From Spirochaetia bacterium (GTDB lineage: Bacteria; Spirochaetota; Spirochaetia; CAKZLE01): DNA of 64,000 nucleotides. This document shows, one piece after another, positions 31,370 to 44,032 of the stretch. The notes under the pieces are model-generated. The model worked only from the letters and a program-made list of their open reading frames with translations, did no database searches and had not been told where the DNA came from. The stretch's first letter is position 1. Every line of letters starts with the position of its first letter. The translations under genes and the position numbers were made by a program. The stretch spans positions 1,600,001-1,664,000 of the forward strand of contig OY782041.1 in the NCBI GenBank assembly GCA_963677595.1. Reading direction: 5' to 3'.

Positions 31370-32047
31370 ATGAGCAGAATCGAATCTTTGAATACCTATA
31401 TCGACCATACCATCCTGAAGGCGAATGCCACCCGCACCCAGGTACAGGCTATCTGCCGGGAGGCAAAGGAACACCAGTTCGCCTCTGTCTGCGTGAACTC
31501 CTGCTGGACGGCCCTCTGCAGCCAGGAGCTCAAGGACTCCCCCGTGAAGGTCTGCAGCGTGGTAGGGTTCCCCCTCGGGGCCATGAAGAGCGAGAGCAAG
31601 GCTTATGAGGCCAAGAGCTGCGTCATCGACGGTGCAGACGAGGTCGACATGGTGATCAATATCGGGATGCTGCTGGCCGGTGACCTGGAGGGCGTTGAGC
31701 GCGATATCCGGCTGGTGCGGGAAGCATGCGGACCGGGTGTCGTCCTGAAGGTCATCATCGAGACCTGCCTCCTCACTGATGACCAGAAGGTCACGGTCTG
31801 CAGGATCGCGAAGAACTGCGGCGCCGATTTCGTCAAGACCTCGACCGGTTTCTCGACCGGCGGTGCTACCGTGGAGGATGTCCGGCTGATGCGCAGTGCT
31901 GTCGGCGACCATGTGGGCGTGAAGGCTTCCGGCGGTGTCAGGAGCTATGAGGATGCCGTGGCGGTGATCGAGGCAGGTGCCAACAGGATCGGGGCCTCCT
32001 CAGGGGTCGCCATCATGCAGGGGCAGACTTCCTCGGCTGATTACTAG
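31370..32047 (+). CDS. deoC: Deoxyribose-phosphate aldolase
   Basis: IDHT.LK, GFPLG, FVKTSTG, VKASGG, RIGAS. Confidence 0.96.
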   Translation: MSRIESLNTYIDHTILKANATRTQVQAICREAKEHQFASVCVNSCWTALCSQELKDSPVKVCSVVGFPLGAMKSESKAYEAKSCVIDGADEVDMVINIGMLLAGDLEGVERDIRLVREACGPGVVLKVIIETCLLTDDQKVTVCRIAKNCGADFVKTSTGFSTGGATVEDVRLMRSAVGDHVGVKASGGVRSYEDAVAVIEAGANRIGASSGVAIMQGQTSSADY

Positions 32048-33933
32048 GAGAAGAGGAGGGCGACAGCCTCGGAGATCCTGACGCTGTTCCCATCCTCCAG
32101 CCTGTGCAGGCACTGCTCTTCACAGGGGGCGTCACAGGTAAGGCAGGGGGGCTCCCCCTCCCCGAAGAGACGTTTCGCCCCCTGGAGGTTCCCGCACTCA
32201 AGACGCCGCATCATCCCCCTTATATCGAGGTGGTGGGGGCACCTGCCCCTGCAGGTGTCATCCTGGCACCAGAGACAGGTTGAGGCGAGGTCATGGAGCC
32301 TGGTACCTACAGGCCCCTCGATGTTGTTGGGGCTGATGGTACGTTCCCCCGTTCCCGTCTTATGGACCTGCAGCTCGTCCGGCTGCAGGATCCTGACCAT
32401 ACTTCCTTTCCCCGTAGCCTGGGTGTATCCCGGCATCCTCCTCCTGCGAAGAACCATGTTGGCGGCACTGACGCCGGAGATGGTGACGGAGGAGGTACCT
32501 GCCCCCATGACTGTCCCCTCACCGCATACGAAGAGGTTCTCCCAGCTGGTAGATGCATGGTGCCTATGCAGGAGATCCTGCCCTGAAGACTGCCTCGGCC
32601 CCGCGATACATCCCCCGTTCTTCATTGTGTAGTATTCGATGGTAGTCGGGGTAGCAAGGCTGTTCCATCGGAGGCCTTCCCTGAACCCTGGGAAGATGGG
32701 CTCCAGGGAGCGCAGGAGCCGGTCGGTCTCCTGCTCCTTCTGGGAGAGGTAAGCATCGCTGTCATATGCCGGGTCATCAGGGATCGGCCAGGGTTTGGCT
32801 GAAGGTCCCGAGACCACCAGCAGGTGCTCTCCCCCCGGACAGAGCGACGGGTCATAGAGAGTCGGGATCCTGATGGTGATGGACCGTCCCCTCGGGCCGG
32901 GAATGAGGATGAGCGGGCCCGTCCCGTGGGGGATGACCGCAGAGGAGACGGCACAGTAGAGGATGACGGACGGGGGAGTCATCTCCAGGGCATCTGCCCA
33001 GGAGATGATGCCGGCCTCCCGGTAGGGGGGAGGCAGCAGTCGGTGGTAGAGGTCATGAAGGGTCCCTGAGTGGATGATGTCATCGGCCTCTACGGAGATG
33101 CTCTCTCCTGCTTTCGTGAGAATAGAGACCCCTTCAGGCCGGTTGTCACCGAAGATGATCGATTCCGCGGTGCTCTGGTAGAGGATCGTCCCCCCATCCT
33201 GCTCGAATGCCTTCTCGAGCTTCCCGGCAACCTGGAGGGTCGATCCTGCAGGATAGCAGAACCGGTCATGGTGAAGGCCCATGAGGAGGTTTATTGCTAT
33301 GAGCGCCGGGGTCTCGAACAGGCCGGTATGGCAGGAGATGGAGGTGATCGTGTCGAAGAAGCGGAAGACCTCCCTGGAGGAGAAGAACGGCTCCATGATG
33401 TCATAGGCACTCTTCTTGAGCAGCAGAAGCACCTTGGCCTGCAGGAGAGGATGACGGAAGAAGCTCTTAAGAAGGGTTCTCCTGGGCAGCTCGGCCGGGG
33501 AGACATGGAGGGGGATATTCCCGATCCCCTGTGTGTAGATGCGGCTTATATACCCGTAGAACCTCCTGATCCCATCCCGGTCAGCGGGGAACCGCTTCCC
33601 AAGCCCGGAGAGGTACTCCTCGAGGGAGCTGGAGAAAGTGACCTGTGACCCCTCATACTCCAGCGTGGGCCCGGTAGGTGGGGCGACCATGGTGATGGGT
33701 TCCCCAAGCTGGTCCATGAGGAAGCGGTGGGGGGAGAAGCCGGTCCCATCGAAGCCCTGGAGGAGGGTCGCCCCCTGGTCGAAGGTCCTCCTGCCCCGCC
33801 TGAAGGCTCCGCAGGAACCCCCTGGCTGGTAGTGCTGTTCGATCATGACCACTGACAGCCCTGCACGGGCAAGGAGGGTTGCTGCTGTGAGTCCGCTGAG
33901 CCCTGCCCCGATGACTGCAACGTCCGTCTTCAT
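32044..33933 (-). CDS. Phytoene-desaturase-like FAD oxidoreductase with C-terminal 4Fe-4S (DPD/GltD N-terminal-like) domain
   Basis: IGAGLSGL Rossmann motif, ATPTT..YT, CLWC..CRGRCP..C..C..PCEEQC. Confidence 0.8.
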   Translation of the reverse strand: MKTDVAVIGAGLSGLTAATLLARAGLSVVMIEQHYQPGGSCGAFRRGRRTFDQGATLLQGFDGTGFSPHRFLMDQLGEPITMVAPPTGPTLEYEGSQVTFSSSLEEYLSGLGKRFPADRDGIRRFYGYISRIYTQGIGNIPLHVSPAELPRRTLLKSFFRHPLLQAKVLLLLKKSAYDIMEPFFSSREVFRFFDTITSISCHTGLFETPALIAINLLMGLHHDRFCYPAGSTLQVAGKLEKAFEQDGGTILYQSTAESIIFGDNRPEGVSILTKAGESISVEADDIIHSGTLHDLYHRLLPPPYREAGIISWADALEMTPPSVILYCAVSSAVIPHGTGPLILIPGPRGRSITIRIPTLYDPSLCPGGEHLLVVSGPSAKPWPIPDDPAYDSDAYLSQKEQETDRLLRSLEPIFPGFREGLRWNSLATPTTIEYYTMKNGGCIAGPRQSSGQDLLHRHHASTSWENLFVCGEGTVMGAGTSSVTISGVSAANMVLRRRRMPGYTQATGKGSMVRILQPDELQVHKTGTGERTISPNNIEGPVGTRLHDLASTCLWCQDDTCRGRCPHHLDIRGMMRRLECGNLQGAKRLFGEGEPPCLTCDAPCEEQCLHRLEDGNSVRISEAVALLFS

Positions 33934-34023
33934 CCAAGGACCTCCATCTGGTCGACTGCGTTCCAGGTTCCTCTATTGTACCACACAATCGCTGCCGCAG
34001 TCCCGGTGAAGAAGCACGATACG

Positions 34024-34086
34024 CAAGGTGAAGGTGAAAGCTCACAAGGTGAAGGTGAAAGCTCACAAGGTGAAGGTGTAACCTCA
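34024..34086. repeat. 3 x 21-bp tandem repeat CAAGGTGAAGGTGAAAGCTCA
   Basis: Two exact copies and one with 2 mismatches, intergenic. Confidence 0.9.
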
Positions 34087-34222
34087 CCAAGGATACCTGC
34101 CTCCTGCAGGTGAAGGAATCTTTCTGGAACAGGTTTGTATAACTTGGCAGAGTATGATACCGTTATCTTCTGCGTTTCATGATACAATGGCAGTGATAGA
34201 GATCAGGATAAACAGGTAGAGC

Positions 34223-35377
34223 GTGAACATGCTGAATAATGACAACCATCATACGGACAGTTTCCTCAAGAGTCTCGGGTTCCCCTCGATAGAGATCCAC
34301 CAGACCTTCACCCACTTCGACTTCACGAAGCCCTCGAGGAGGGTCCTCGTGATCGGGCCCATGGGCTCGGGAAAGACCGAGTTCTCTGCGAGGGTATGGA
34401 GGGATGCCCTCATCGCCCTCTCGAAGAGCGAGAAGATCATGGAGTTGACGGCGACCGACGGGGTGGACCGGAGAAAGGTGATGTTCGTCCGGTCCCTCCA
34501 TGATGAGCGCTTCGACGAGTATCCCTCCGATGCCCTCGCCTACCGGGGCGGGTTCGTCCGCTGCGGGGAGAACATCGTCCGCATCGGGGACTCCTTCGAT
34601 CTGGAGCAGGCCCTCGAGGAGCATGATGATATAGGGACCTGGATCATCGATGAGGCCTCCTTCTATGACGAGCGGATCGCCTATGTCGTCCGGAACCATT
34701 CGGTCAAGCGTGGGCTGCTCTTCATCTTCCCGACCCTGATCCTCAACTTCCGCCGCGATATCTTCAACTCCACGGCACGGCTGCTGCTCGATACCGCCAC
34801 CGACGTCATCCCCCTGACCGCCTACTGCGAGCACGAGGAGTGTCTCGAGGACTCCTTCAATACCTACCGGTACTATACCGTAGGCGGGAAGGAGTGCCCG
34901 GCACTCTACTTCGATCCCCTGATCATCGTCGGCGGGGATATGAAGAAGGAGGACCCGCTCCAGCCGAACTACTGCACCCGCTGCGACCGGCACCACTGGC
35001 TGCCGGGCAAGGAGTACACCTTCTTCACCCTGAAACCCCTTGGTGAGCTTGCCTCGGCGGGTAATCCGAAGCGGTTGAAGGAGGAGCTGCACCATATGAA
35101 GTATGACATGGAGCAGTCGATCCTCTACGAGCACCTCTATGAGCAGTACAGCGACCCGGATGCGGAGGACTATGTCTGCATGAACGCCCTGCTCCCCTCC
35201 TGCATCGCCGAGCGGGCGCTGGTCTACCTCTTTGCCGAACAGAACCTGATCCCGGAGGAACTGCTGATATCGCTCGTCGATGAACTGAGCCTCGACCGGG
35301 AATATATGAAGAAGATCCTGTCTGATAACCGGAGGCCGGTCAACCTTGACCAGCCCCTGCTGACAGGACTGTATTGA
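34223..35377 (+). CDS. tdk: Thymidine kinase, long spirochaete type
   Basis: GPMGSGKT, IIDEASF, LNFRR..F, Zn ligands, C-terminal extension. Confidence 0.85.
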   Translation: MNMLNNDNHHTDSFLKSLGFPSIEIHQTFTHFDFTKPSRRVLVIGPMGSGKTEFSARVWRDALIALSKSEKIMELTATDGVDRRKVMFVRSLHDERFDEYPSDALAYRGGFVRCGENIVRIGDSFDLEQALEEHDDIGTWIIDEASFYDERIAYVVRNHSVKRGLLFIFPTLILNFRRDIFNSTARLLLDTATDVIPLTAYCEHEECLEDSFNTYRYYTVGGKECPALYFDPLIIVGGDMKKEDPLQPNYCTRCDRHHWLPGKEYTFFTLKPLGELASAGNPKRLKEELHHMKYDMEQSILYEHLYEQYSDPDAEDYVCMNALLPSCIAERALVYLFAEQNLIPEELLISLVDELSLDREYMKKILSDNRRPVNLDQPLLTGLY

Positions 35378-35401
35378 GAGATATAGATAGGAGAGACACC
35401 C

Positions 35402-36706
35402 ATGAGAGTACCTGAGCTGATCCGGAAGATCCAGAACCACAAGGAGCTTACCACCGAGGAGATCACCTTCTTCGTGAAGGGGTACTCCTCCGGGGAGATC
35501 CCCGATTACCAGGCTTCCGCCTTCTGCATGGCCGTCTGGTTCAACGGGATGAGCAACCGGGAGACTGCGGACCTTACCATGGCGATGGCTGCCTCAGGGG
35601 ACCAGATCGACCTCTCGGGGATCCCCGGGATCAAGGTCGACAAGCACTCCTCGGGCGGGGTCGCCGACACGACCACCATCGCCGTGGCACCGATCGTGGC
35701 AGCCTGCGGGGGGAAGGTCGCGAAGATGTCGGGACGGGGCCTGGCCTACAGCGGGGGTACGCTCGACAAGCTCGAGTCGATCCCCGGCTATACCGTCAGC
35801 CAGTCGATGGAGGACTTCGAGCGGATCGTCAACACCTGCGGGGCCTCGATCATCGGGCAGACGGCGAACCTGGTGCCTGCCGACAAGAAGCTCTACTCGC
35901 TCCGGGATGTCACCTCCACAGTGGATACCATGCCGCTGATCGCCTCGAGCATCATGAGCAAGAAACTGGCTTCGGGCGGGGACAAGATCCTCCTCGACGT
36001 CAAGTGGGGGAGCGGTGCGTTCATGCATGAGCTTGCCGATGCCCTGGAGCTTGCGAGGATCATGGTCGATATCGGGAAGCATGCCGGCAGGCCGACCGAG
36101 GCGGTCGTCACCAACATGAACCAGCCGCTCGGCAATGCCGTCGGCAATGCCCTGGAGGTCAGGGAGGCGATCGAGATCCTCAAAGGGGAGTGTGAGGGGG
36201 ACCTGAAGGACCTCATCGTGGACCTCTCCGCACGGATGCTCGAAGCCGGTGAGGTGTTCCCGACCTATGAGGCTGCTGCCGCTGCGGTCGCGCAGTCGAT
36301 CGCGAACGGGGCTGCCATAGCGAAACTCAAGGAGATCATCACCCTTCATGGGGGTGATCCGTCAGTCTGCGATGATGTGGACCTCCTTCCCGCCGCGAGG
36401 AAGGTCATCGAGGTGACCTCCCCGGCCGAGGGGTACATCGTGCGGATGGATACCGACGAGATCGGGATGGCGACCGTCATGATCGGGGCCGGCCGTGAGC
36501 GGAAGGATGACGACATCGACCCGGCGGTGGGCCTCTGGATGAGGAAGCGGCTCGGGGAGTATGTGAAGGCCGGGGACGTGCTTGCGGAGTTCCATGTGAA
36601 TGACGAGGCCTCCCTCCCGCAGGCCGTCGAACGGTTCCTGGCAGCGATCCACCTGGATGCAGCCAAGCCGGAAGAGCAGGTCCTGATCGCTGAAGTCATA
36701 CGGTAG
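35402..36706 (+). CDS. pdp: Pyrimidine-nucleoside (thymidine) phosphorylase
   Basis: DKHSSGGV, KMSGRGL, RDVT.TV, SIMSKK. Confidence 0.94.
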   Translation: MRVPELIRKIQNHKELTTEEITFFVKGYSSGEIPDYQASAFCMAVWFNGMSNRETADLTMAMAASGDQIDLSGIPGIKVDKHSSGGVADTTTIAVAPIVAACGGKVAKMSGRGLAYSGGTLDKLESIPGYTVSQSMEDFERIVNTCGASIIGQTANLVPADKKLYSLRDVTSTVDTMPLIASSIMSKKLASGGDKILLDVKWGSGAFMHELADALELARIMVDIGKHAGRPTEAVVTNMNQPLGNAVGNALEVREAIEILKGECEGDLKDLIVDLSARMLEAGEVFPTYEAAAAAVAQSIANGAAIAKLKEIITLHGGDPSVCDDVDLLPAARKVIEVTSPAEGYIVRMDTDEIGMATVMIGAGRERKDDDIDPAVGLWMRKRLGEYVKAGDVLAEFHVNDEASLPQAVERFLAAIHLDAAKPEEQVLIAEVIR

Positions 36707-36799
36707 ATATCGTTACAATCGGGTGCAACCTGTGCTACTATAGATAGATGAAAGGTCGGGATCGTGGATCCTGAGGAGAATACGAGATAAGGAACAGGT

Positions 36800-38327
<1,528 letters not shown>

Positions 38328-38335
<8 letters not shown>

Positions 38336-39761
38336 GCTTATGAAACTGAAACCTGTCATCACCGCGGCCCTGGCCGTGATCGCCTTCCTCGGCGGCTGGG
38401 CAGTCGTCATGGGCGGTATCTGGGGGAATATCATCATCCTGGCAGCCTGGGCGGGGTATCTCGTCTATGACCGGCTGCTGGCTAAGGGCCAAGAGGCCCC
38501 GTCTCCCTTCCATACGCCCTTCCTGACCTCCCTCATGCTCCTGCTCGCCGTCTACGGGGCGGTGCTCTACCTTGGGAGTTATTTCTGGGGAGCCTTCCTC
38601 CTTATTGGCGCACTGCTCGTCTTCGGGCTGGAGAAACGGCTCACAGACGGGAAGGAAGCCCTTTCCGAGAGTGTGCGGGCCTCCATGCGGAGCCTGATGA
38701 TCCCGGTCTTCGGGTTCTTCAGCGCACTGGTCGTCGGCATGATCATCATGCTGATCACCGGGTACAACCCGATCACCTCCTACGGGGCCCTCTTCTACGG
38801 CGGGCTCGTCAAGAACTGGAGCGTCTCGGTGCTCAACGCTACACCGCTGATCTTCACCGGGCTGTCGATCGCCTTCGCCTTCCAGGCAGGGCTCTTCAAC
38901 ATCGGTGCCGAGGGCCAGTATTATATCGGGGCGATGGTAGCGACCTTCATCGGGCTCTACCTCAACCTGCCGCCGCTGTTCACCATTATCATCGTGATCG
39001 TCGTGGCCGGCTCCCTCGCAGCTGCCTGGAACTTCGTCCCGGCACTGCTGAAGGTACGGACCGGCGCACACGAGGTCATCACGACGATGATGCTCGCCCA
39101 TACAGCCCGTTACCTCTCCCCGGTCTTCATCCGGGCCTTCGGCGGGGACCCGGCTACCTCGAAGCATGCCTATGTGACCGACCCGATCCTCGAGACGAGC
39201 TGGCTGCCGAGGTTCAAGACCTTCCTGCCTGAGACTAACTACAGGATGCATATCGGGATCCTCATCGCGATCGCCTTTGCCCTGTTCGTCTACTACCTGC
39301 TCTACAAGACCAGGATCGGGTTCGAGATCCGTGCCGTCGGGCAGAACCCGAACGCCGCACGGGCACAGGGGATCTCGATCGGCAAGAACATCTTCAGGGC
39401 CCTGCTCTTCTCGGGCTTCCTCGCGGGCATGTCCGGCGTCGTACAGGTGCTGGGGCTTGACCACAAGCTCTTCCTCAACCTCTCCGGCGGCTACGGGTGG
39501 AACGGTATCTCGGTCGCCCTGCTGGCGGCGAACAACCCCATCGGCGTCATCTTCACCGCCCTCCTCTGGGGGGTCCTCGATGCCGGCGGGCAGTACATGA
39601 TCAGGGTGACCGACACGCCGAACTCGATCGTCGAGATCATCAAGGGGATCGTCCTCTTCCTCATCGTCGCCCGGTACATCTATGCATACTGGGGCAACAG
39701 GCTCAAACGCAGGAAGAAGAAGAGACTTGAGGCTGCAGCAGCCGAAGGAGGTGCCGTATGA
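38328..39761 (+). CDS. Nucleoside ABC transporter permease 1 (extra N-terminal TMs)
   Basis: GLFNIGAEGQ, HEVITT, GFEIRAVGQN. Confidence 0.9.
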
Positions 39762-40720
39762 TCGACTTCATCCTCGCATCCCAGATATTCAACATCGACC
39801 TGTTATCAGCCTCCATCAGGCTATCGACACCGATCGCCCTGGCTGCCATCGGTGCCACGATCTGCGAGAAGTCCGGTGTCGTCAACATCGCGATGGAAGG
39901 CATCATGATCGTCGGGGCCTTCTTCGCCCTCTGGTTCACCCATCTCACCGGCAGCCCCTGGCTCGGCCTGCTGGCAGGACTCGCCTTCGGAGGGCTCTAC
40001 AGCCTGATCCATGCCTGGGCGACGGTTACCCTGCACCTCGACCATACGGTCTCCGGGGCTGTGCTCAACATCCTGGCGCTGGGGATCACCCGGTACATGA
40101 TGGTGCTTGCCTATGGCCATCCCGGTACCACGGACACGATCATGGTCACCCTCGCGGACTACCGGTTCGCCGTACCGCTCCTCTCGAGGATACCGGTCAT
40201 CGGCGAGGCGCTCTTCGACCAGACGCCCATCGTCTACCTCATGTATATCGCAGTGATCTTCTTCACCTGGTTCATGAAGAAGACCAAGGTCGGCCTCCAC
40301 ATCAAGGCATCGGGCGAGCACCCGCTGGCCCTTGAGACCATCGGCGTCTCCGTCTACAGGATCCGGTACCTCGGTATCGTGATCTCGGGGCTGCTCGGCG
40401 GGGTCGCCGGTGCATACCTCTCCATCGAGAACCAGGCGACCTTCACCGAGGGGATGACGAACGGCCGCGGGTTCATCGCGATGGCAGCGATGATATCCGG
40501 GGGCTGGACCCCGATCGGGTCATTCATCGCAGCTTTGTTCTTCGGGTTCGCCGATGCCTTCCAGCTGCGGCTGCAGGTCTCCGGGAACCTGTCGGTCCCG
40601 AGTGAGCTCTTCACGATCATCCCCTATGTGGCGACCGTGATAGCGGTAGCCGGACTGGTCAGGAAGTCCAAGGCCCCGAAGGCTGACGGGAAGGATTTCA
40701 TCATCGAGAAGGAGGAGTGA
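39758..40720 (+). CDS. Nucleoside ABC transporter permease 2
   Basis: EKSGVVNIAMEG, GEHP, GRGFIA, PYV. Confidence 0.9.
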   Translation: MIDFILASQIFNIDLLSASIRLSTPIALAAIGATICEKSGVVNIAMEGIMIVGAFFALWFTHLTGSPWLGLLAGLAFGGLYSLIHAWATVTLHLDHTVSGAVLNILALGITRYMMVLAYGHPGTTDTIMVTLADYRFAVPLLSRIPVIGEALFDQTPIVYLMYIAVIFFTWFMKKTKVGLHIKASGEHPLALETIGVSVYRIRYLGIVISGLLGGVAGAYLSIENQATFTEGMTNGRGFIAMAAMISGGWTPIGSFIAALFFGFADAFQLRLQVSGNLSVPSELFTIIPYVATVIAVAGLVRKSKAPKADGKDFIIEKEE

Positions 40721-40833
40721 CCGTACCCTGCAGGCTTTTCCATCTTTTCCTGCAAAGTGCTTTCATATTCATGTTGAACGGTTTATAATGAAATATTACT
40801 TCATGTAACTGAATTTTTTAGGAGGAATTTACC

Positions 40834-41880
40834 ATGAAAAAGGGTCTAAGAAGTGTGATCGTCTGTTTGATACTCGTAGCTCTTGCTATGACTCCAGTAT
40901 TTGCCCAGGGGCAGCAGGATACCGGGGGATTCAGTGCCACCATGGCTACCGACGTCGGCGGTCTTGGCGACAAGTCCTTCAATGACAGTGCCTATGCAGG
41001 ACTGGTCCAGGCAAACACCGAACTTGGTGTAGACATCAACGTCGTCGAGTCAAAACAGATGACTGACTACGTTCCTAACCTGTCAGGCCTTGCTGAGGAT
41101 GGGTCGGATGTTGTGTTCGCAGTCGGATTCCTGATGGATGAGGCTGTGAAGGAGGTCGCAGCAAACTATCCAGACCAGTGGTTCGCCGGTATCGACATCG
41201 GGACCTACGGTTCAGCACCTGATAACTTCATCGGTATCCAGTATAACGAGCATGAGGCAGGCTACCTTGCAGGTATCGTCGCCGGTATGATGACGAAGGA
41301 ATATGTAGGGAACTCCCCGAAGCTCAACGATGAGAACGTCATCGGTGTCGTCCTCGGTATGCTCATCCCTGCTGTCGAGAAGTTCGAGGTAGGGTTCATC
41401 CAGGGTGCACATTACGTGAACCCGACCTGTGAGGTCCTCTCAGTCGTAGTCGACTCCTTCACCGACAGTGCCAAGGGTAAGGAGGCAGCCCTCTCCATGA
41501 TCGAGAAGGGTGCCGACATCATCTTCCAGGCAGCAGGTGGATCAGGTATCGGTGCCATCCAGGCATGTAATGAAGAAGGCGTCTTCGCAGTCGGCGTCGA
41601 TGTCGACCAGAACGCTGTTTCCCCATCGACCGTGCTCACCTCCGCAACCAAGGGTGTGACCCAGTCAGTATACCTCGTGATCGACGATGTCGTGAACGGT
41701 ACTGCCATGGGCGGAGACGTCATCTACGGTATCGCAGAAGATGCAGTGGGCCTTGCCGGTTTCCACGAGCATGACTCGATCGTTCCCCAGGCAGTGAAGG
41801 ATGAGGTAGCCAAGGCTATCGCTGACATCAAGGCAGGGACACGTAAGATCGAGACCACACGTGCCGCAATCGGCAGATAG
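40834..41880 (+). CDS. BMP/PnrA family nucleoside-binding protein
   Basis: DVGGLGDKSFN, GADII, GVDVDQ; SPase I-like signal (PVFA/QG). Confidence 0.92.
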   Translation: MKKGLRSVIVCLILVALAMTPVFAQGQQDTGGFSATMATDVGGLGDKSFNDSAYAGLVQANTELGVDINVVESKQMTDYVPNLSGLAEDGSDVVFAVGFLMDEAVKEVAANYPDQWFAGIDIGTYGSAPDNFIGIQYNEHEAGYLAGIVAGMMTKEYVGNSPKLNDENVIGVVLGMLIPAVEKFEVGFIQGAHYVNPTCEVLSVVVDSFTDSAKGKEAALSMIEKGADIIFQAAGGSGIGAIQACNEEGVFAVGVDVDQNAVSPSTVLTSATKGVTQSVYLVIDDVVNGTAMGGDVIYGIAEDAVGLAGFHEHDSIVPQAVKDEVAKAIADIKAGTRKIETTRAAIGR

Positions 41881-41936
41881 TGACTATCGTTAGATAGTGC
41901 GCTATCAGTAGATAGCGGCTATCAGGTCTAAAAAGG

Positions 41937-41970
41937 GACACCGGGGAGAATCCCCGGTGTTTTTTTTCTT
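41937..41970 (+). terminator. Intrinsic terminator
   Basis: GACACCGGGGA-GAA-TCCCCGGTGT then T-run. Confidence 0.9.
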
Positions 41971-42022
41971 CACCTGTGGTATGATTTTCTTGTGAATTGA
42001 GTTTTGAGCCGGGAGTGTTTGC

Positions 42023-42862
42023 ATGAACAGTGGAACGATGAAGTCCTTCACCTCCTCGATGTACCGGGAGGCTGTTGACGATATAACAGGCAGGATAGCT
42101 GTCCAGCCAAAGATCGGGATGATCCTGGGTTCAGGCTTGGGTGTGCTTGCTGACGAGGTCTCCGAACGAGTCGTGGTCCCCTATTCAGAGATCCCCCACT
42201 TCCCGCAGTCGACCGTAGAGGGCCATGCAGGACAGCTGGTGACCGGCTTGCTGGGATCAGTGCCGGTGCTCGTCATGCAGGGGCGGTTCCACTACTATGA
42301 AGGCTACAGCATGGATGCCGTCACCTTCCCCATCCGGGTCATGAAGCTGCTCGGTATCGATGACCTGCTGATCACCAATGCGGCAGGAGGCTGCAATCCC
42401 GCATTCTCGGTCGGGGACCTGATGGTCATCACCGACCATATCAAGTTCTTCGATGAGAGTCCCCTGAGGGGCCCCAATGCCGGGGAGTTCGGTCCCAGGT
42501 TCAACGATATGGGCGATGCCTATACGAAGAGCCTCAGGGAAGGGGCCCTGGCAGTCGGGAAGGAGCTCGGTATCGAGCTGCAGCAGGGGGTCTATGCCCA
42601 TATGGCAGGGCCGAGCTTCGAGACGCCTGCCGAGATCAGGATGCTCCAGGTCCTCGGGGCTGATGCCTGCGGCATGTCGACTGTCCCGGAGGTCATCGTC
42701 GCAGCCCATGCCTCGATGCGGGTGCTCGGGATCTCCTGCATCACCAATATGGCAGCTGGGATCCTGGACCAGCCGCTGAGCCAGGAGGAGGTCATGGAGA
42801 CTGGACGGGCTGTCCGGGAGACGTTCTCCCGCCTGATCAGGGGGATCATCGCAGCATGGTAG
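42023..42862 (+). CDS. punA: Purine-nucleoside phosphorylase (trimeric type)
   Basis: ILGSGLG, GRFHYYEG, GPSFETPAE, GMSTVPE. Confidence 0.93.
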   Translation: MNSGTMKSFTSSMYREAVDDITGRIAVQPKIGMILGSGLGVLADEVSERVVVPYSEIPHFPQSTVEGHAGQLVTGLLGSVPVLVMQGRFHYYEGYSMDAVTFPIRVMKLLGIDDLLITNAAGGCNPAFSVGDLMVITDHIKFFDESPLRGPNAGEFGPRFNDMGDAYTKSLREGALAVGKELGIELQQGVYAHMAGPSFETPAEIRMLQVLGADACGMSTVPEVIVAAHASMRVLGISCITNMAAGILDQPLSQEEVMETGRAVRETFSRLIRGIIAAW

Positions 42863-43335
42863 GCAAACTCACCGCAGAGAGATTGATCACATTGCTTGAA
42901 CTCAAACCGCTCCTGCCGGAAGGGGGGTTCTACGGGAAGATCTACCCCCATGGGGGTTCAATCCATCGCGGGGTCTCTGCCATCTATTACCTGATCACCC
43001 CGGATTCCTTCTCTTCGTTCCACCAGCTCACCTCGGATGAGGTCTGGCACTTCTTACAGGGGGATGCGCTCGAGCAGGTACAGATCTATCCGGACGGTTC
43101 GGTTCGGAAGTATCGCCTCGGCAGTGATATTCACGGAGGGGAGAGCTCCGTGACGATAGTCCCTGCAGACGTCTGGCAGGGGACCCGCCTGGTGCCCGGC
43201 GGGGAGTATGCCCTGTGCGGGTGCACGGTCAATCCTGCATACACCGATAAGTGTTACACCCATGGGGTGTATGACCAGCTGCTGGAACTGTTCCCCGGTA
43301 CAGAAGAGCTCCTGGCTCAGTACTGCAGAGGATAG
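42856..43335 (+). CDS. Cupin DUF985 (Cupin_5) protein
   Basis: PEGGFY, SAIYYL, SDEVWHF, WQG. Confidence 0.85.
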   Translation: MVGKLTAERLITLLELKPLLPEGGFYGKIYPHGGSIHRGVSAIYYLITPDSFSSFHQLTSDEVWHFLQGDALEQVQIYPDGSVRKYRLGSDIHGGESSVTIVPADVWQGTRLVPGGEYALCGCTVNPAYTDKCYTHGVYDQLLELFPGTEELLAQYCRG

Positions 43336-43338
43336 GGA

Positions 43339-44031
43339 GTGGCTGAAGGTATGGGAAAGGTAAAGATCCTGTGTGTCTCCGATGAGGTCGATCCATTAGT
43401 CTACTCGCAGAACGTGAAGGAACGGTACCGGGAGGCTGCGTTCGTGATCGGGGCAGGGGACCTTCGTATGCGGTACTACGGGTTCATCGTCAGCTCCCTC
43501 AACAAGCCGCTCTATTTCGTCTTCGGCAATCACCACCTCTCCCAGTACAAGTACTTCATCAGGAAGGAACGTGCCGAGACCATCGATATGGGGTATGAGA
43601 GTTTCTCGAGGAACTACTTCGGTTCCACCTGCATCAGCGAACGGGTAGTCCGTGACAAGAGGACCGGGCTGATCATGACCGGCTTCGGGGGAAGTTTCCG
43701 CTACAACAACGGGCAGAACCAGTATACCGATACCCAGATGTACTGGAAGGTGATCTCCCGGCTACCGAAGATGCTCTACTACCGGCTGCGGTACGGGAGG
43801 TGGGTCGATATCGTGGTGACGCATGCCCCGCCTGCCGGGATCCATGACAAGGAGGATATCTGCCACAGGGGGTTCAAGGCCTTTCTCTGGTTCATGCGGG
43901 TCTTCAAGCCCAGGTACCTGCTCCATGGCCATGTCCACCTGCTCGACATGAACCAGAAGCGTGTCGAACGCTATCATGAGACTGAGGTCATAAACGTGTT
44001 CAAGAGCCATATCCTGGAAGTGGAGGTGTAG
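43339..44031 (+). CDS. Metallophosphoesterase
   Basis: VSD, AGDL, GNH, THAPP, HGHVH. Confidence 0.88.
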   Translation: MAEGMGKVKILCVSDEVDPLVYSQNVKERYREAAFVIGAGDLRMRYYGFIVSSLNKPLYFVFGNHHLSQYKYFIRKERAETIDMGYESFSRNYFGSTCISERVVRDKRTGLIMTGFGGSFRYNNGQNQYTDTQMYWKVISRLPKMLYYRLRYGRWVDIVVTHAPPAGIHDKEDICHRGFKAFLWFMRVFKPRYLLHGHVHLLDMNQKRVERYHETEVINVFKSHILEVEV

Positions 44032-44032
44032 C

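Noticed and set aside
34024-34086. CRISPR array
   Set aside because: Units are directly adjacent with no spacers, and there are no cas genes
33653-34187. ORFs with HLHLVSF or SPSPCEL repeats
   Set aside because: Artefacts of the 21-bp tandem repeat
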